The notes under the pieces are model-generated. The model was given only the letters and a program-made list of their open reading frames with translations. It searched no databases and had not been told where the DNA came from. A DNA stretch of 64,000 nucleotides from an uncultured delta proteobacterium (GTDB lineage: Bacteria > Desulfobacterota > Desulfobacteria > Desulfobacterales > JAFDCJ01): positions 215,621 to 279,620 of the forward strand of contig CAVYNY010000032.1 in assembly GCA_963769935.1 (NCBI GenBank). Reading direction: 5' to 3'. The position numbers were made by a program, and so were the translations under genes. The first letter of the stretch is position 1, and each line of letters starts with the position of its first letter. Positions 32,632 through 42,134 of the stretch are shown in pieces.

Positions 32632-34065
32632 ATGAAACTGCTGCAGACGGATTTAGAAAAATTTTTCATGCCTCGGCATGTGGCCGTTGTCGGTGTCTCC
32701 ACCGGCGAGTATAAATTGGGCGGCATGAGTTTTTTGTTAAAACTTCAGGAAAGCGGTTTTAAGGGCAGGCTGTCGCCGATCAATCCAAGGGCTGCTGAGA
32801 TCAAGGGCCTCAAGGCCTATCCGGATCTGTCGTCGCTGCCGGATGTGCCCGATCTGGCCATCGTGTGCGTGGCGGCCAGGTTGGTTCCGGCGGTTCTGGA
32901 AGAATGCGGCCGCCTCGGTTTGAACCACATCCATATCCTTTCGGCCGGCTTCAAGGAAACAGGGCGCCAAGAGGGTCGGGCGCTGGAAGAGAAGATCGCT
33001 GCCATTGCGGCCGACAAGGGGCTGAAGATCATCGGACCCAACTGCATGGGGCCTTATTGTCCTGCCGCAGGCCTTACCGCCTGGGGCGCCATGCCCGGTT
33101 TGAGCGGTTCTCTGGGGATTATATCTCAAAGCGGCGGGTTGACCCAGCGCCTGACCGAATACACCAGTTCGCTGGGCGTCGGGGTCGAAAAAGCGGTGAG
33201 TTTCGGCAACGCGGCGGTCCTTGACAGCACTGATTTTCTGGAAGCTATGGCAACGGACCCCAAAATCCAGGTCATCGCCATGTATCTTGAGAGCGTCGGC
33301 AATGCGCGCCGGCTCCTGGAGATTGCCCGAGAGGCCGGCCAAACGAAGCCGATCATTCTGTGGAAAGGCGGCGCAAGTGAAGCGGGTGCGGCCACGGCTG
33401 CGTCACATACCGGCGCCCTGGCCGGCAATCAAAAACTGTGGCAGGCCTTCTACCGTCAAAGCGGTGTAATTCCCGTGCGCTCGATGAACGAATGCGTGGA
33501 TGCCGTCCTGGCCTTCAGTCTGCTGCCGGCACCGGCCGGCAACGGCGTCTTTATCATCGGCGGCGGGGGCGGGAACAGCGTGGCCGGCAGCGATATTTTC
33601 AGCCGCCAGGGATTTGAAGTTCCGGCCTTATCTGAATCCAGTATGAAATTTCTGTGGGGCAGCGTACCGCTTGCCGGGTCAATTGCCGGCAATCCGCTGG
33701 ATATGTGGCGAACCTTCATCGATGCCGAATATCTCGCGCAGGTTATAGCGCTCGGCTACCGGGATCCAGCTGTCGCCGCCATTGTCGTCGACCGACTTAT
33801 CCCCCGTAAAGCCTACCATTTTCCGGATCTGGCCGACCCAACCCCGGAGACCATCGCGTTTCTGAAAAACCACCCCAGGGCCAAACCGACCGTTTTTATC
33901 ATAGACTCCGACGGCGGAGACCCCGGTCTGGCCGAAACCGGCGCACGTTTGCGAGCGCGGTTTTGCAGCGCCGGAATCCCGGCCTATCCGTCGGCCGGGC
34001 GGGCGGCGCGAGCGCTTTATCACCTTTTACATTTTTACGAAAGACGTCAGAAAGGCGACGCGTGA
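32632..34065 (+). CDS. CoA-binding acyl-CoA synthetase (NDP-forming) alpha-type subunit
   Basis: IIGPNCMG, ISQSGG, ASHTGALAG phospho-His motif, NPLD. Confidence 0.9.
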   Translation: MKLLQTDLEKFFMPRHVAVVGVSTGEYKLGGMSFLLKLQESGFKGRLSPINPRAAEIKGLKAYPDLSSLPDVPDLAIVCVAARLVPAVLEECGRLGLNHIHILSAGFKETGRQEGRALEEKIAAIAADKGLKIIGPNCMGPYCPAAGLTAWGAMPGLSGSLGIISQSGGLTQRLTEYTSSLGVGVEKAVSFGNAAVLDSTDFLEAMATDPKIQVIAMYLESVGNARRLLEIAREAGQTKPIILWKGGASEAGAATAASHTGALAGNQKLWQAFYRQSGVIPVRSMNECVDAVLAFSLLPAPAGNGVFIIGGGGGNSVAGSDIFSRQGFEVPALSESSMKFLWGSVPLAGSIAGNPLDMWRTFIDAEYLAQVIALGYRDPAVAAIVVDRLIPRKAYHFPDLADPTPETIAFLKNHPRAKPTVFIIDSDGGDPGLAETGARLRARFCSAGIPAYPSAGRAARALYHLLHFYERRQKGDA

Positions 34066-34709
34066 AGATCAAAGCCGTATTTTGGGATTTTGGCGGCGTA
34101 TTGACGACGAGTCCATTCGACGCCTTTAACAGGTTCGAGCAGGAGAATCATTTGCCCCCCGACTTCATAAGGCGGGTGAATGCCGCCAACCCGGATACCA
34201 ATGCCTGGGCCGGGCTGGAACGCAGTGAGATTACCCTGGAAGAGTTTGACCGGCAATTCGAACGGGAGACGACGGCAGCCGGTCATGCGGTAAGGGGAAT
34301 GACCGTCCTGGAGCTGTTGTCCGGGGATTTGCGACCTGAAATGGTGGCGGCGCTGCGCAGGTGCAAGAAGAAGTTCCGCACCGCCTGTCTGACCAACAAC
34401 ATGAAGGGGCTGCATGAAGCCGGCATCAAGCAGTTCAGCCGGCGGGCCGCCGAAATGCAGGCCGTCATGGATATTTTTGACCACGTCGTCGAATCAAGCA
34501 GGATCGGTTTTCGCAAGCCGAATCCGCGCTTTTACGAGATCGCCTGTAACATCGTGAAAGTTGCGCCCGCGCAGGTGGTTTTCCTTGACGATCTGGGAGT
34601 CAATCTGAAGCCGGCCCGTGCCATGGGCATGACCACCATAAAGGTAGCCGAACCTCGCCAGGCTTTGGCCGAGCTTGAATCATTGCTGGGGATGGTGCTG
34701 ATCGGATAA
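34062..34709 (+). CDS. HAD-IA family hydrolase
   Basis: WDFGGVL, LTNN, RKPNP, FLDDLGVNL. Confidence 0.9.
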   Translation: MKIKAVFWDFGGVLTTSPFDAFNRFEQENHLPPDFIRRVNAANPDTNAWAGLERSEITLEEFDRQFERETTAAGHAVRGMTVLELLSGDLRPEMVAALRRCKKKFRTACLTNNMKGLHEAGIKQFSRRAAEMQAVMDIFDHVVESSRIGFRKPNPRFYEIACNIVKVAPAQVVFLDDLGVNLKPARAMGMTTIKVAEPRQALAELESLLGMVLIG

Positions 34710-34837
34710 AATGCTGACCGGTTCCAAGATAAAGCTACAATTAAACCTTGAGCATGCTGGAGTATTGGAGTATTGGATTGATGGAGTATTGATAGAAACA
34801 ATAGTGGAAATTTTCCATTAGGCACGGGGAGGCGGTT

Positions 34838-35959
34838 ATGCCGCTGGTATGTGGATCCAAGGAATTAATGGACGATGTTCATAAACGGGAATTGTGCATC
34901 GGGTGCGGTGCCTGCGTGGATATCTGCCCCTACTTTAAAAACTACAAAGGCAAAACCTCCCAATTATTTCCGTGCACGCTGGATCAGGGGCGCTGTTTTG
35001 CCTATTGCCCCAAGGCCGAGGTGGACCTGGATCACCTCTCCCGGCAGATATGCGGGGTTCCCTACGACGGCAGCCCGCTGGGAAACTACCGCGAGGTGCT
35101 GGCCGGCCGGGCCGGCCGGAGAATCGAGCGGGCCTCATTTCAGGCCGGCGGTACCGTATCGGCGCTGCTGGCATTTGCAATGGAAAAAGGCATGATTGAT
35201 GCAGCGGCCCTCACCGACCGTGAGGCGCTGACGCCGGTTGCGCGTCTGGTGACAAACCGGCGCGATATTGCCGGCTGCGCCGCCTCCAAGTTTATGGCCG
35301 CTCCGACCGTATCCTCGGTTAACAGGGCCGTGCGTGAAGGCTATACCCGCATCGGGGTAGTTGGAACACCCTGCCAGATGGTGGCGGTGGCGCAAATGCG
35401 CTGTAATCCCCTGGCCAAAGCCGAACACCGCATCCCGCTTGCGTTCGCGGTCGGGCTGTTCTGCAACTGGTCGCTGGATACCCGGCAGCTGATTGACCTG
35501 ATGTCGCAAAAGGTCGACCTATCGGGCCTCCGGGGCATGGACATCCCGCCGCCGCCGGCCGCCGCCATGGTGCTGGACACTGAAAACGGACCGGTCGAAA
35601 TACCGCTTTCTGAGATCAAACCGCTTATACCGCACACCTGCTTTATCTGCCCGGACATGACCTCGGAACTGGCCGATGTCTCCGTCGGAATGTTCGAAGG
35701 GCGGCCGCACTGGAACACGCTGATCATTCGTTCCGACAAAGGGGCCGAGGTGGTCGACCAGGCCCGGCGGGAGGGGTTTCTCGAAACGGAAGATTTTCCC
35801 GCCCAGAATTTAAAACATCTCTCCCGGGCCGCCGCCGACAAAAAGGACCGTTCGCTGAGAACGCTGCTTCGCAGGGGGCTGATCAATAACCAGGACGGTG
35901 AACGGGCGGCCCTGCGGATACCGCCGGCAGTGGTGGAGAAGATTTTAAATAAAGGTTAG
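34838..35959 (+). CDS. F420 hydrogenase/dehydrogenase beta-subunit (FrhB) family protein
   Basis: CIGCGACVDICP, AGGTVSAL, VGTPCQ, GLFC, CFICPD..ADVSVG. Confidence 0.88.
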   Translation: MPLVCGSKELMDDVHKRELCIGCGACVDICPYFKNYKGKTSQLFPCTLDQGRCFAYCPKAEVDLDHLSRQICGVPYDGSPLGNYREVLAGRAGRRIERASFQAGGTVSALLAFAMEKGMIDAAALTDREALTPVARLVTNRRDIAGCAASKFMAAPTVSSVNRAVREGYTRIGVVGTPCQMVAVAQMRCNPLAKAEHRIPLAFAVGLFCNWSLDTRQLIDLMSQKVDLSGLRGMDIPPPPAAAMVLDTENGPVEIPLSEIKPLIPHTCFICPDMTSELADVSVGMFEGRPHWNTLIIRSDKGAEVVDQARREGFLETEDFPAQNLKHLSRAAADKKDRSLRTLLRRGLINNQDGERAALRIPPAVVEKILNKG

Positions 35960-36098
35960 CCGAGTTGGCCCGTCAGCCCGTTGAGCCCGTTAGGCGACTA
36001 ACAGATAGTAAAATGGAAATGTTCATCAGCTTAACCGGCTAAACCGGCAAACGGGCCAACCGGCTTAACCGAATATGTTTTCTTAACACGGAGGCAGC

Positions 36099-38033
36099 AT
36101 GTCAGTTGTTTCAACCGGCCGCCAGGGAGAGCGGCATTTGCTGATGGGCAACGAAGCCATTGCCCGCGGCGCGCTGGAAGCCGGCGTCAGTGTCGTCGCC
36201 GGGTACCCCGGAACGCCTTCATCCGAAATTGTCGAAACTCTGGCCAAGGTTTCCAAAGGCCATAATCTATACGTCGAGTGGTCGGTCAATGAAAAAGTGG
36301 CCATGGAGGTAACGGCGGCCGCATCATTTGCCGGCTTGCGATCGCTTTGCGTGATGAAGCAAAACGGCGTCAACGTGGGTTCGGATTTCCTGCTGCATTT
36401 GGCGCTGACCGGAACCCGGGGCGGCATGGTACTGGTACACTGTGATGATCCCGGTGCCCTTTCCAGCGCCAACGAAGGCGAATCGCGCCACTTTGCCCGC
36501 ATGCTGGAATTGCCGCTGCTGGAGCCCGGCGATTTTCAGGAAGCCCACGACATGGTCAAATGGGCCTTTGAGCTTTCCGAGCGGATCCGCAATGTTGTCA
36601 TGGTGCGCAGTGTCACCCGCCTGTCCCATGCCAGCGGCAGCGTTGTTTTCGGGAAGCTGCCGGATGTGACACGCAAGGCGTATTTTAAACACGGCGGATT
36701 TATCCTCGATCCGGCCGAAGGGCCTATGGCAAGCCTGCCGGCACCATACAGGCACCAGCAGCAGCAGGAAAAATTCAAGACGGTTGTGGCTGAATTTGAA
36801 AAGTCGCCGTTTAATTTCTATAGCGGCCCTGAAGCACCGGAACTGCTGGTAATTACCGGCAGCGCCTGTAATCTTTACTGCCGCGAAGCCATCCATCTGC
36901 TGGAGGTGGAGAATCGCGTCGGTTTGCTGAAACTGGGCACCACCTGGCCTCTGCCGCCGCGGTTGCTGGAAAAACATCTGCGTCTGGCGGATAAAATTCT
37001 GATTGTCGAAGAGGTCATTGCCTTTCTGGAGGAAAATGTCAAAATTCTGGCGGCTGAACTCGCGGCCAAAATCGGAATTAAAACCTTTTACGGCAAACGC
37101 GAAGGCAATATCCCCGCCTTTAATGAAATGACGCCGGATCTGGTGGTGGCTGCCCTGGCGCAAATCCTGCAGATCGACTACCGGCCCGTTCCGCAGGCGT
37201 ATGCCGAACGTGCACAGGAGCTGGGCGCTTCAGGCGCCCCCGGACGCGATCTCACATTTTGCGCCGGCTGTCCCCATCGGGCCTCGTTTTGGACCCTGCA
37301 CAATGTCCTTCAGATGGATGGGCGCGACGGATTTGTGTGCGGCGATATCGGATGCTATTCCATGGCCGCGCTGCCCACCGGTTTCAGTACCTTAAAGACC
37401 CTGCATTCCATGGGCAGCGGGGTGGGGCTTGCCAGCGGCTTCGGCAAGCTGGGCCGGTTCGGGATGGACCAGCCGGTTCTGGCCGCCGTGGGCGACTCGA
37501 CCTTTTTCCACGCGGTCCTGCCGGCGCTGATCAACGCGGTTCACCATCAATCCGACATCACGGTCGTGGTGCTCGACAACAGCGGCACGGCCATGACCGG
37601 CTTTCAGCCCCATCCGGGGCTGCCGGTGGATGCCGCTGGAAACGAGGCGCCGGCCATCGACATTGCCGGGGTTTGTGAGGCCATGGGGGCCGTCACCAGG
37701 ACCTGCGATCCGTTTGACATCGACGGCACCCGCCGGACCCTGCTCGAACTCCTTGAGATCAAAGGGCTGAAGGTCCTTGTTTTAAAGCAGTTGTGCGCCC
37801 TGAGTCCGGCCAGGAAGGCCCAAAAAATGTATGCAGTGACGGTGGATGCAAATATCTGCCTCGGACAGTCCTGCGGCTGTAATCAGCTGTGCACCCGCGT
37901 ATTTAAGTGTCCCGGTTTGAACTGGGACAAGGAAAAACGGGTATCCGCAATCGACGAGGTGATTTGCGCCGGCTGCGGCGTATGCGCGTCGATTTGTCCT
38001 GCGGGGGCTATTCAGAGAAAGGAGGTCGCCTGA
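36099..38033 (+). CDS. iorA: Indolepyruvate:ferredoxin oxidoreductase alpha subunit
   Basis: GNEAIARGA, YPGTPSSE, FCAGCPH, GDIGCY, GDSTFFH, C-terminal ferredoxin. Confidence 0.93.
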   Translation: MSVVSTGRQGERHLLMGNEAIARGALEAGVSVVAGYPGTPSSEIVETLAKVSKGHNLYVEWSVNEKVAMEVTAAASFAGLRSLCVMKQNGVNVGSDFLLHLALTGTRGGMVLVHCDDPGALSSANEGESRHFARMLELPLLEPGDFQEAHDMVKWAFELSERIRNVVMVRSVTRLSHASGSVVFGKLPDVTRKAYFKHGGFILDPAEGPMASLPAPYRHQQQQEKFKTVVAEFEKSPFNFYSGPEAPELLVITGSACNLYCREAIHLLEVENRVGLLKLGTTWPLPPRLLEKHLRLADKILIVEEVIAFLEENVKILAAELAAKIGIKTFYGKREGNIPAFNEMTPDLVVAALAQILQIDYRPVPQAYAERAQELGASGAPGRDLTFCAGCPHRASFWTLHNVLQMDGRDGFVCGDIGCYSMAALPTGFSTLKTLHSMGSGVGLASGFGKLGRFGMDQPVLAAVGDSTFFHAVLPALINAVHHQSDITVVVLDNSGTAMTGFQPHPGLPVDAAGNEAPAIDIAGVCEAMGAVTRTCDPFDIDGTRRTLLELLEIKGLKVLVLKQLCALSPARKAQKMYAVTVDANICLGQSCGCNQLCTRVFKCPGLNWDKEKRVSAIDEVICAGCGVCASICPAGAIQRKEVA

Positions 38034-38036
38034 GCC

Positions 38037-38666
38037 ATGACAAACAACCGCCTGCCGTTTGATCCCTATAACGTTATTATAACCGGTGTCGGGGGTCAGG
38101 GAAACGTGATGGCCTCCCGGGTTGTCGGCCGGATGATGTCGCGCCGGGGACTCACGGTCACCATCGGGGAGACCTTCGGTGCCTCCCAGCGCGGCGGTTC
38201 GGTGATGAGCCATTTGCGGATATCCAAAGAATCTTACTGGTCTCCGCAAATTCCCAAAGGCAGGTGCCACCTGGTACTCTCGCTGGAACCCACCGAAGCC
38301 ATTCGTGTGCTGATGAATTACGGCAACCCGAACGTCACCGTTATCTGCAATACCCGGCCCATTCACGCCATCGGCGTGATTTCCGGCGATCAGCAATACC
38401 CTGCCATGGACGATATCAAAGGCTGGGTTGCAGAATTATCGGCCGCCTGCTGGTTTCTGGATGCCACCGCCAGGGCTATGGAACTGGGCAATCCGATTCT
38501 GGGCAATATCATGATGATCGGCGCCGCCGCCGGCATCGGCGCCCTGCCCATAGACCGGGAAAGTTTTGCGGCTGTCATCGCGGCCGTCCTGTCCGCCGAC
38601 AAGCTGGATGTCAACCTGCAGGCTTATGATTTGGGCGTCGGCATGGTTAGCGTCAACGTCGAATAA
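38037..38666 (+). CDS. iorB: Indolepyruvate:ferredoxin oxidoreductase beta subunit
   Basis: GVGGQG, GASQRGGSVMSHLR. Confidence 0.93.
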   Translation: MTNNRLPFDPYNVIITGVGGQGNVMASRVVGRMMSRRGLTVTIGETFGASQRGGSVMSHLRISKESYWSPQIPKGRCHLVLSLEPTEAIRVLMNYGNPNVTVICNTRPIHAIGVISGDQQYPAMDDIKGWVAELSAACWFLDATARAMELGNPILGNIMMIGAAAGIGALPIDRESFAAVIAAVLSADKLDVNLQAYDLGVGMVSVNVE

Positions 38667-38941
38667 ATCTGGAAAAGAGTTTAGGCGGGATCAGTGCCAA
38701 ACCGGCGCTTATCGCAAGGCGAGGCGGATGTTTGCTCCTTGATGCTTGAGGCCGCTGTATTTCACAGATCCGTCCGGGGAAATCGCCGGCCGAATTAACG
38801 GTACGCATTGTCTGGTGAAAGCGATGAGGCCGGAAGGAGCGGATTATTTAGGCCTGCCTTTTGTATTTTACTATTGCATATTGAGGTGTATTCATTATAA
38901 GTTGACAAAAACACTTTATGGAAAGCCGATGAGGTGGAGCT

Positions 38942-39172
38942 ATGGTAGAGTTGATTGCCACAATTGCAAGAGCGCTTGTCGATCAACCGGATCAGGTATC
39001 GGTTGCTGAAATTAAAGGCAGCCACAGCTCAGTCCTGGAACTCAAGGTTGCCAAAAGCGACATGGGCAAGATCATTGGCAAGCATGGCAGGACAGCCCAG
39101 GCAATTCGGACGATATTAAGCGCGGCTTCCGGCAAGACCGGCGCAAGGTACGTGCTTGAAATTCTGGAGTGA
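38942..39172 (+). CDS. khpA: KH-domain RNA-binding protein (KhpA family)
   Basis: [28 protein letters not shown]. Confidence 0.9.
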   Translation: MVELIATIARALVDQPDQVSVAEIKGSHSSVLELKVAKSDMGKIIGKHGRTAQAIRTILSAASGKTGARYVLEILE

Positions 39173-39432
39173 CCTGGTGGGAACATAAAGCTGCGAAAAT
39201 CAGCATCCTATCGTCGTTGACCCCCTGGCGCGAACCCGGCCTGTTGGCAATTTACCCTGATGGAAAGCCAAATCCACAGAGCCTAAAGATCATATCAAAT
39301 CCCCATCCTATCCCCCCCCGGGCGGGCTTGAGCCCTGAACCTGGAATCGTGACCACTTCAGGTAGTATGTAAACTTTATTGCCGGGATGTCCGTCTAATA
39401 GGTTAAAATCTCACAAAGGAAGGAGAAAACCT

Positions 39433-39762
39433 ATGAAGACGCTAATCAAGAAAATTTTGCTGATCGCTGCTGCTATGGTATTTTTCAGTGCCGGAGTTTC
39501 GTTCGCACAGGACCGCAATCCAGGACATGGTTACAACAACTCGCGCGGGCATGCCCCGGGGCAGTTCCATAAAACACCCGCTTATCGTGCGGCCAAGCCC
39601 AGAACCAATTATTATGCTTATAGGAATCCCGGATACGCCGCCGGGCATTATTATAGAGGACGGTATTATCCGAAAAAGAATTACACGGATCATAACTATT
39701 ACCGTCATTACAATAGATATCCCTCGCACGATACGTTCTTTTTCGGTTTTTCGGTGCGCTAA
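39433..39762 (+). CDS. Small secreted Tyr/His/Arg-rich protein
   Basis: AGGAG RBS, signal-peptide-like N-terminus ending SFA. Confidence 0.7.
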   Translation: MKTLIKKILLIAAAMVFFSAGVSFAQDRNPGHGYNNSRGHAPGQFHKTPAYRAAKPRTNYYAYRNPGYAAGHYYRGRYYPKKNYTDHNYYRHYNRYPSHDTFFFGFSVR

Positions 39763-39869
39763 ACTGGTGTTGTTGAATCCGTATCCAGGTTCGGCGGTTC
39801 GGGAGGTTCGGCAAGGCGTCCAATCTCACAAAAAAATGAAAGGTCGGCAGCGTTATTGCGGCCGGCCTT

Positions 39870-40312
39870 TTCCCAACTTTTTAGGATTGCCGCTTTGGCT
39901 TGAATAAACGATCAACGATTTCATTTTGCTTTCCCCCGGCTCGGTGGTGGCCATCAGTATTTGCGGCAGTATTTCGACCACATAAACCTCAAGCCCCATC
40001 TGCCGAAGCACGACAGCAACTTCGACACCGATATATCCCCCCCCCACGATGACGGCTTTCTGTCCTTTGTCGGCCAGGCGGCGCAACGCATCGCAGCACA
40101 CGGAAAACCTGCCCGCTGATAGCAGTCAATTGTTTGGCCCTGACCGAATCGCTGCTGAAAAGCGAACTCTTCATTTCATCGATCGGCAAGTCCGTAAAAC
40201 CGGCAAAGACATTAAGGGGATTTCCCAGCACGCCATGCGTATTTTCCTGGACCACGCCTGGCCGGGAAATGTTCGCGAGCTTGAAAATGCCATTGAGCAT
40301 GCCTTGGTTTTT
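39870..40312. pseudogene. Mosaic relic of flavodoxin, FAD oxidoreductase and sigma54-activator genes
   Basis: Colinear fragments matching 44768-44821, 45674-45830, 48144-48223 and 48564-48703. Confidence 0.9.
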
Positions 40313-40562
40313 GAGTGCAGGCCCCAATGCGGATGCCAATTTATCAGGTTGGTTTTTGACTGCCGCGCGTTGGCCGGCAGCCCCGAGCTTGGGTACAAAT
40401 TCGAATTCCATTATTCCAGGATTGAGGCAAATAGGCAGGCCTCAAAAAATACGCCCTTTATCCAACCAGTTGTAGAAACTCCGAGGCGTTAGATTAAGGG
40501 GCAGTCCAATTACCGCCCCTTAATCGTACAGTATTATGCCGCCTCCCCATGCTGCAGCCGGT

Positions 40563-40922
40563 TTAAGACGCTTCGGCAGGTTTTGCGCTCAGCTCATCAA
40601 TGCGTTTGTTGATGGCGTCCAATGATTTTTGCATGTATTCGGCATCGGCCTTTAACATGTCAATTTCACTGGCGGCTTCCATTGAATAGGCCGGTCCGAG
40701 AGCAGGCGGATACCATCCGAATCCTCTGCCGTACCCGCGTCCCCTGCTCCTGCCGGGGCCGTATGCGCCCCTGAAGCCGTGTCTCAATGCAAGACCGCGG
40801 CCATAGCCGTAAGCGCCCGCAAAAGCAGGGATCGTTCCGGCTGTTGCGGGGTTGCAGCGCCCTCTGGCGCCGCCGGTCATGGGACCGGCACCCATGGGAC
40901 CTGTTCTGTCAAATCCTGGCAT
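40563..40922 (-). CDS. DUF5320-family protein
   Basis: MPGFDRTGPMGAGPMTGGARGRC; GGAGG RBS; C-terminal coiled coil. Confidence 0.9.
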   Translation of the reverse strand: MPGFDRTGPMGAGPMTGGARGRCNPATAGTIPAFAGAYGYGRGLALRHGFRGAYGPGRSRGRGYGRGFGWYPPALGPAYSMEAASEIDMLKADAEYMQKSLDAINKRIDELSAKPAEAS

Positions 40923-40949
40923 AATATCACCTCCTTCAGCCATCCTTAA

Positions 40950-41180
40950 TTAATTTGTTATTAAGACCGGTTGCCGCGGCCTTTTCCGCTGCCTTGGCCG
41001 CCACCTCGACCGCTGCCGCCGGCCGGAACCTCTGCCTGATCCCCGGCCTTGACCTCTGCCGGCGCCTATCCCGCCTTGGTCTTGCGGGGTGGGGGCGCCA
41101 CCTTTAGGACCGCATTTTCCCGTGCCGCGGCCCGTTTTCGGGCCCTGGCCCTGGGGGCCTGTTCTATCTTTCTGTGGCAT
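40950..41180 (-). CDS. Short DUF5320-like Gly/Arg-rich protein (possible frameshift near the C-terminus)
   Basis: MPQKDRTGPQGQGPKTGRGTGKC; GGAGG RBS. Confidence 0.75.
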   Translation of the reverse strand: MPQKDRTGPQGQGPKTGRGTGKCGPKGGAPTPQDQGGIGAGRGQGRGSGRGSGRRQRSRWRPRQRKRPRQPVLITN

Positions 41181-41233
41181 ATTGCTCACCTCCTTTCGGT
41201 ATCGTTGATTATGTAAAATGATTGGTTGATTTG

Positions 41234-41623
41234 TTAAGATTGCCTGCCGCGGCCTCTGCCCTGACCCCGGCCAGCGTCACTGCCTGGTCCCTGGGCTTGA
41301 CCCCTGCCAGCTCCTCTTCGCCGCCGCCGCCGCATACCCCGGAATTCATAGTCTCCGCCTTCCACCCTCAAGGCTTTGCCGGTTACCAGTGCCTCGGAAA
41401 TAACACTACGTGCATGAGCTAAAATCCTGCCATATGTCTGCCGGGATACTTCCATCAAATTGGCGGCGGCTTCCTGATCCAGACCTTCAAAATCGCTCAG
41501 CCTGACGGCTTCGAGTTCCTCAACGGATAGAAAAACCTGGCCGGTTACCGGGACGCCCTCGGGAACAAATGCTGTTAGTGTTGGATAGCCGGACACGAAT
41601 CTTAGCTTTTTAGGACGCGGCAC
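41234..41623 (-). CDS. DUF134-family DNA-binding protein
   Basis: MPRPKK, EELEAVRLSDFEGLDQEAAA..MEVSRQTY, IEGG-like VEGG. Confidence 0.92.
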   Translation of the reverse strand: MPRPKKLRFVSGYPTLTAFVPEGVPVTGQVFLSVEELEAVRLSDFEGLDQEAAANLMEVSRQTYGRILAHARSVISEALVTGKALRVEGGDYEFRGMRRRRRRGAGRGQAQGPGSDAGRGQGRGRGRQS

Positions 41624-41637
41624 GGATTACCTCTCAT

Positions 41638-41712
41638 ATTATGATCATTTGACCAAAATATATATCCTTATAAATAGGATGTCAACAAATATTATGATCA
41701 TTTGATCAAAAT
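41638..41712 (-). promoter_or_regulatory. Twin palindromic operators flanking a sigma70-like promoter of the DUF134 operon
   Basis: ATTATGATCATTTGA(C/T)CAAAAT at 41638-41659 and 41691-41712; TTGACA on the minus strand at 41680-41685. Confidence 0.7.
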
Positions 41713-41730
41713 TAACTTTTTCATCCGGTT

Positions 41731-42017
41731 CCACAGCTAAGAAGTTGTAAAAATTCCAAGAAGCCTAATTGGCTCCCGGTGAGTATCCTGGCTTGCGCCA
41801 ACAGCAGCGATTTTAAACGGTCCAGCGTCACCGGATATCCCTGTATGGGAATCCCCATCCAGTCCGAATGCTCTAAGAACTCCTCAGGTTGCTCGGCCAT
41901 GTATTGATCCACCTAGCCGATGCCGTCCAGCACGATCGCGCCACCCGTATGCCGGGCAAAATTTTCGTTGGCCAGGCCTTTGTCCCAGCCGGATTTGAAA
42001 ATTGAAGAATGCAAATT
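41731..42017 (-). pseudogene. Relic of the DUF1638 gene and adjacent region
   Basis: Matches 50549-50808, then 51266-51297; internal TAG. Confidence 0.9.
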
Positions 42018-42134
42018 TATCTAAAAATAAACTGATTCTTACTAGAGGGAAGTGGACGAATAGCCTGAAAACATACGGAAATTAATATGGGGTAACGTTA
42101 ATTTTTGGCCTTGAGTAACGTTGGGTAACGCCGA

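Noticed and set aside
39853..40492. Apparent fusion ORFs (oxidoreductase-flavodoxin; activator fragment)
   Set aside because: They are accidental products of deletion junctions in the relic copy.
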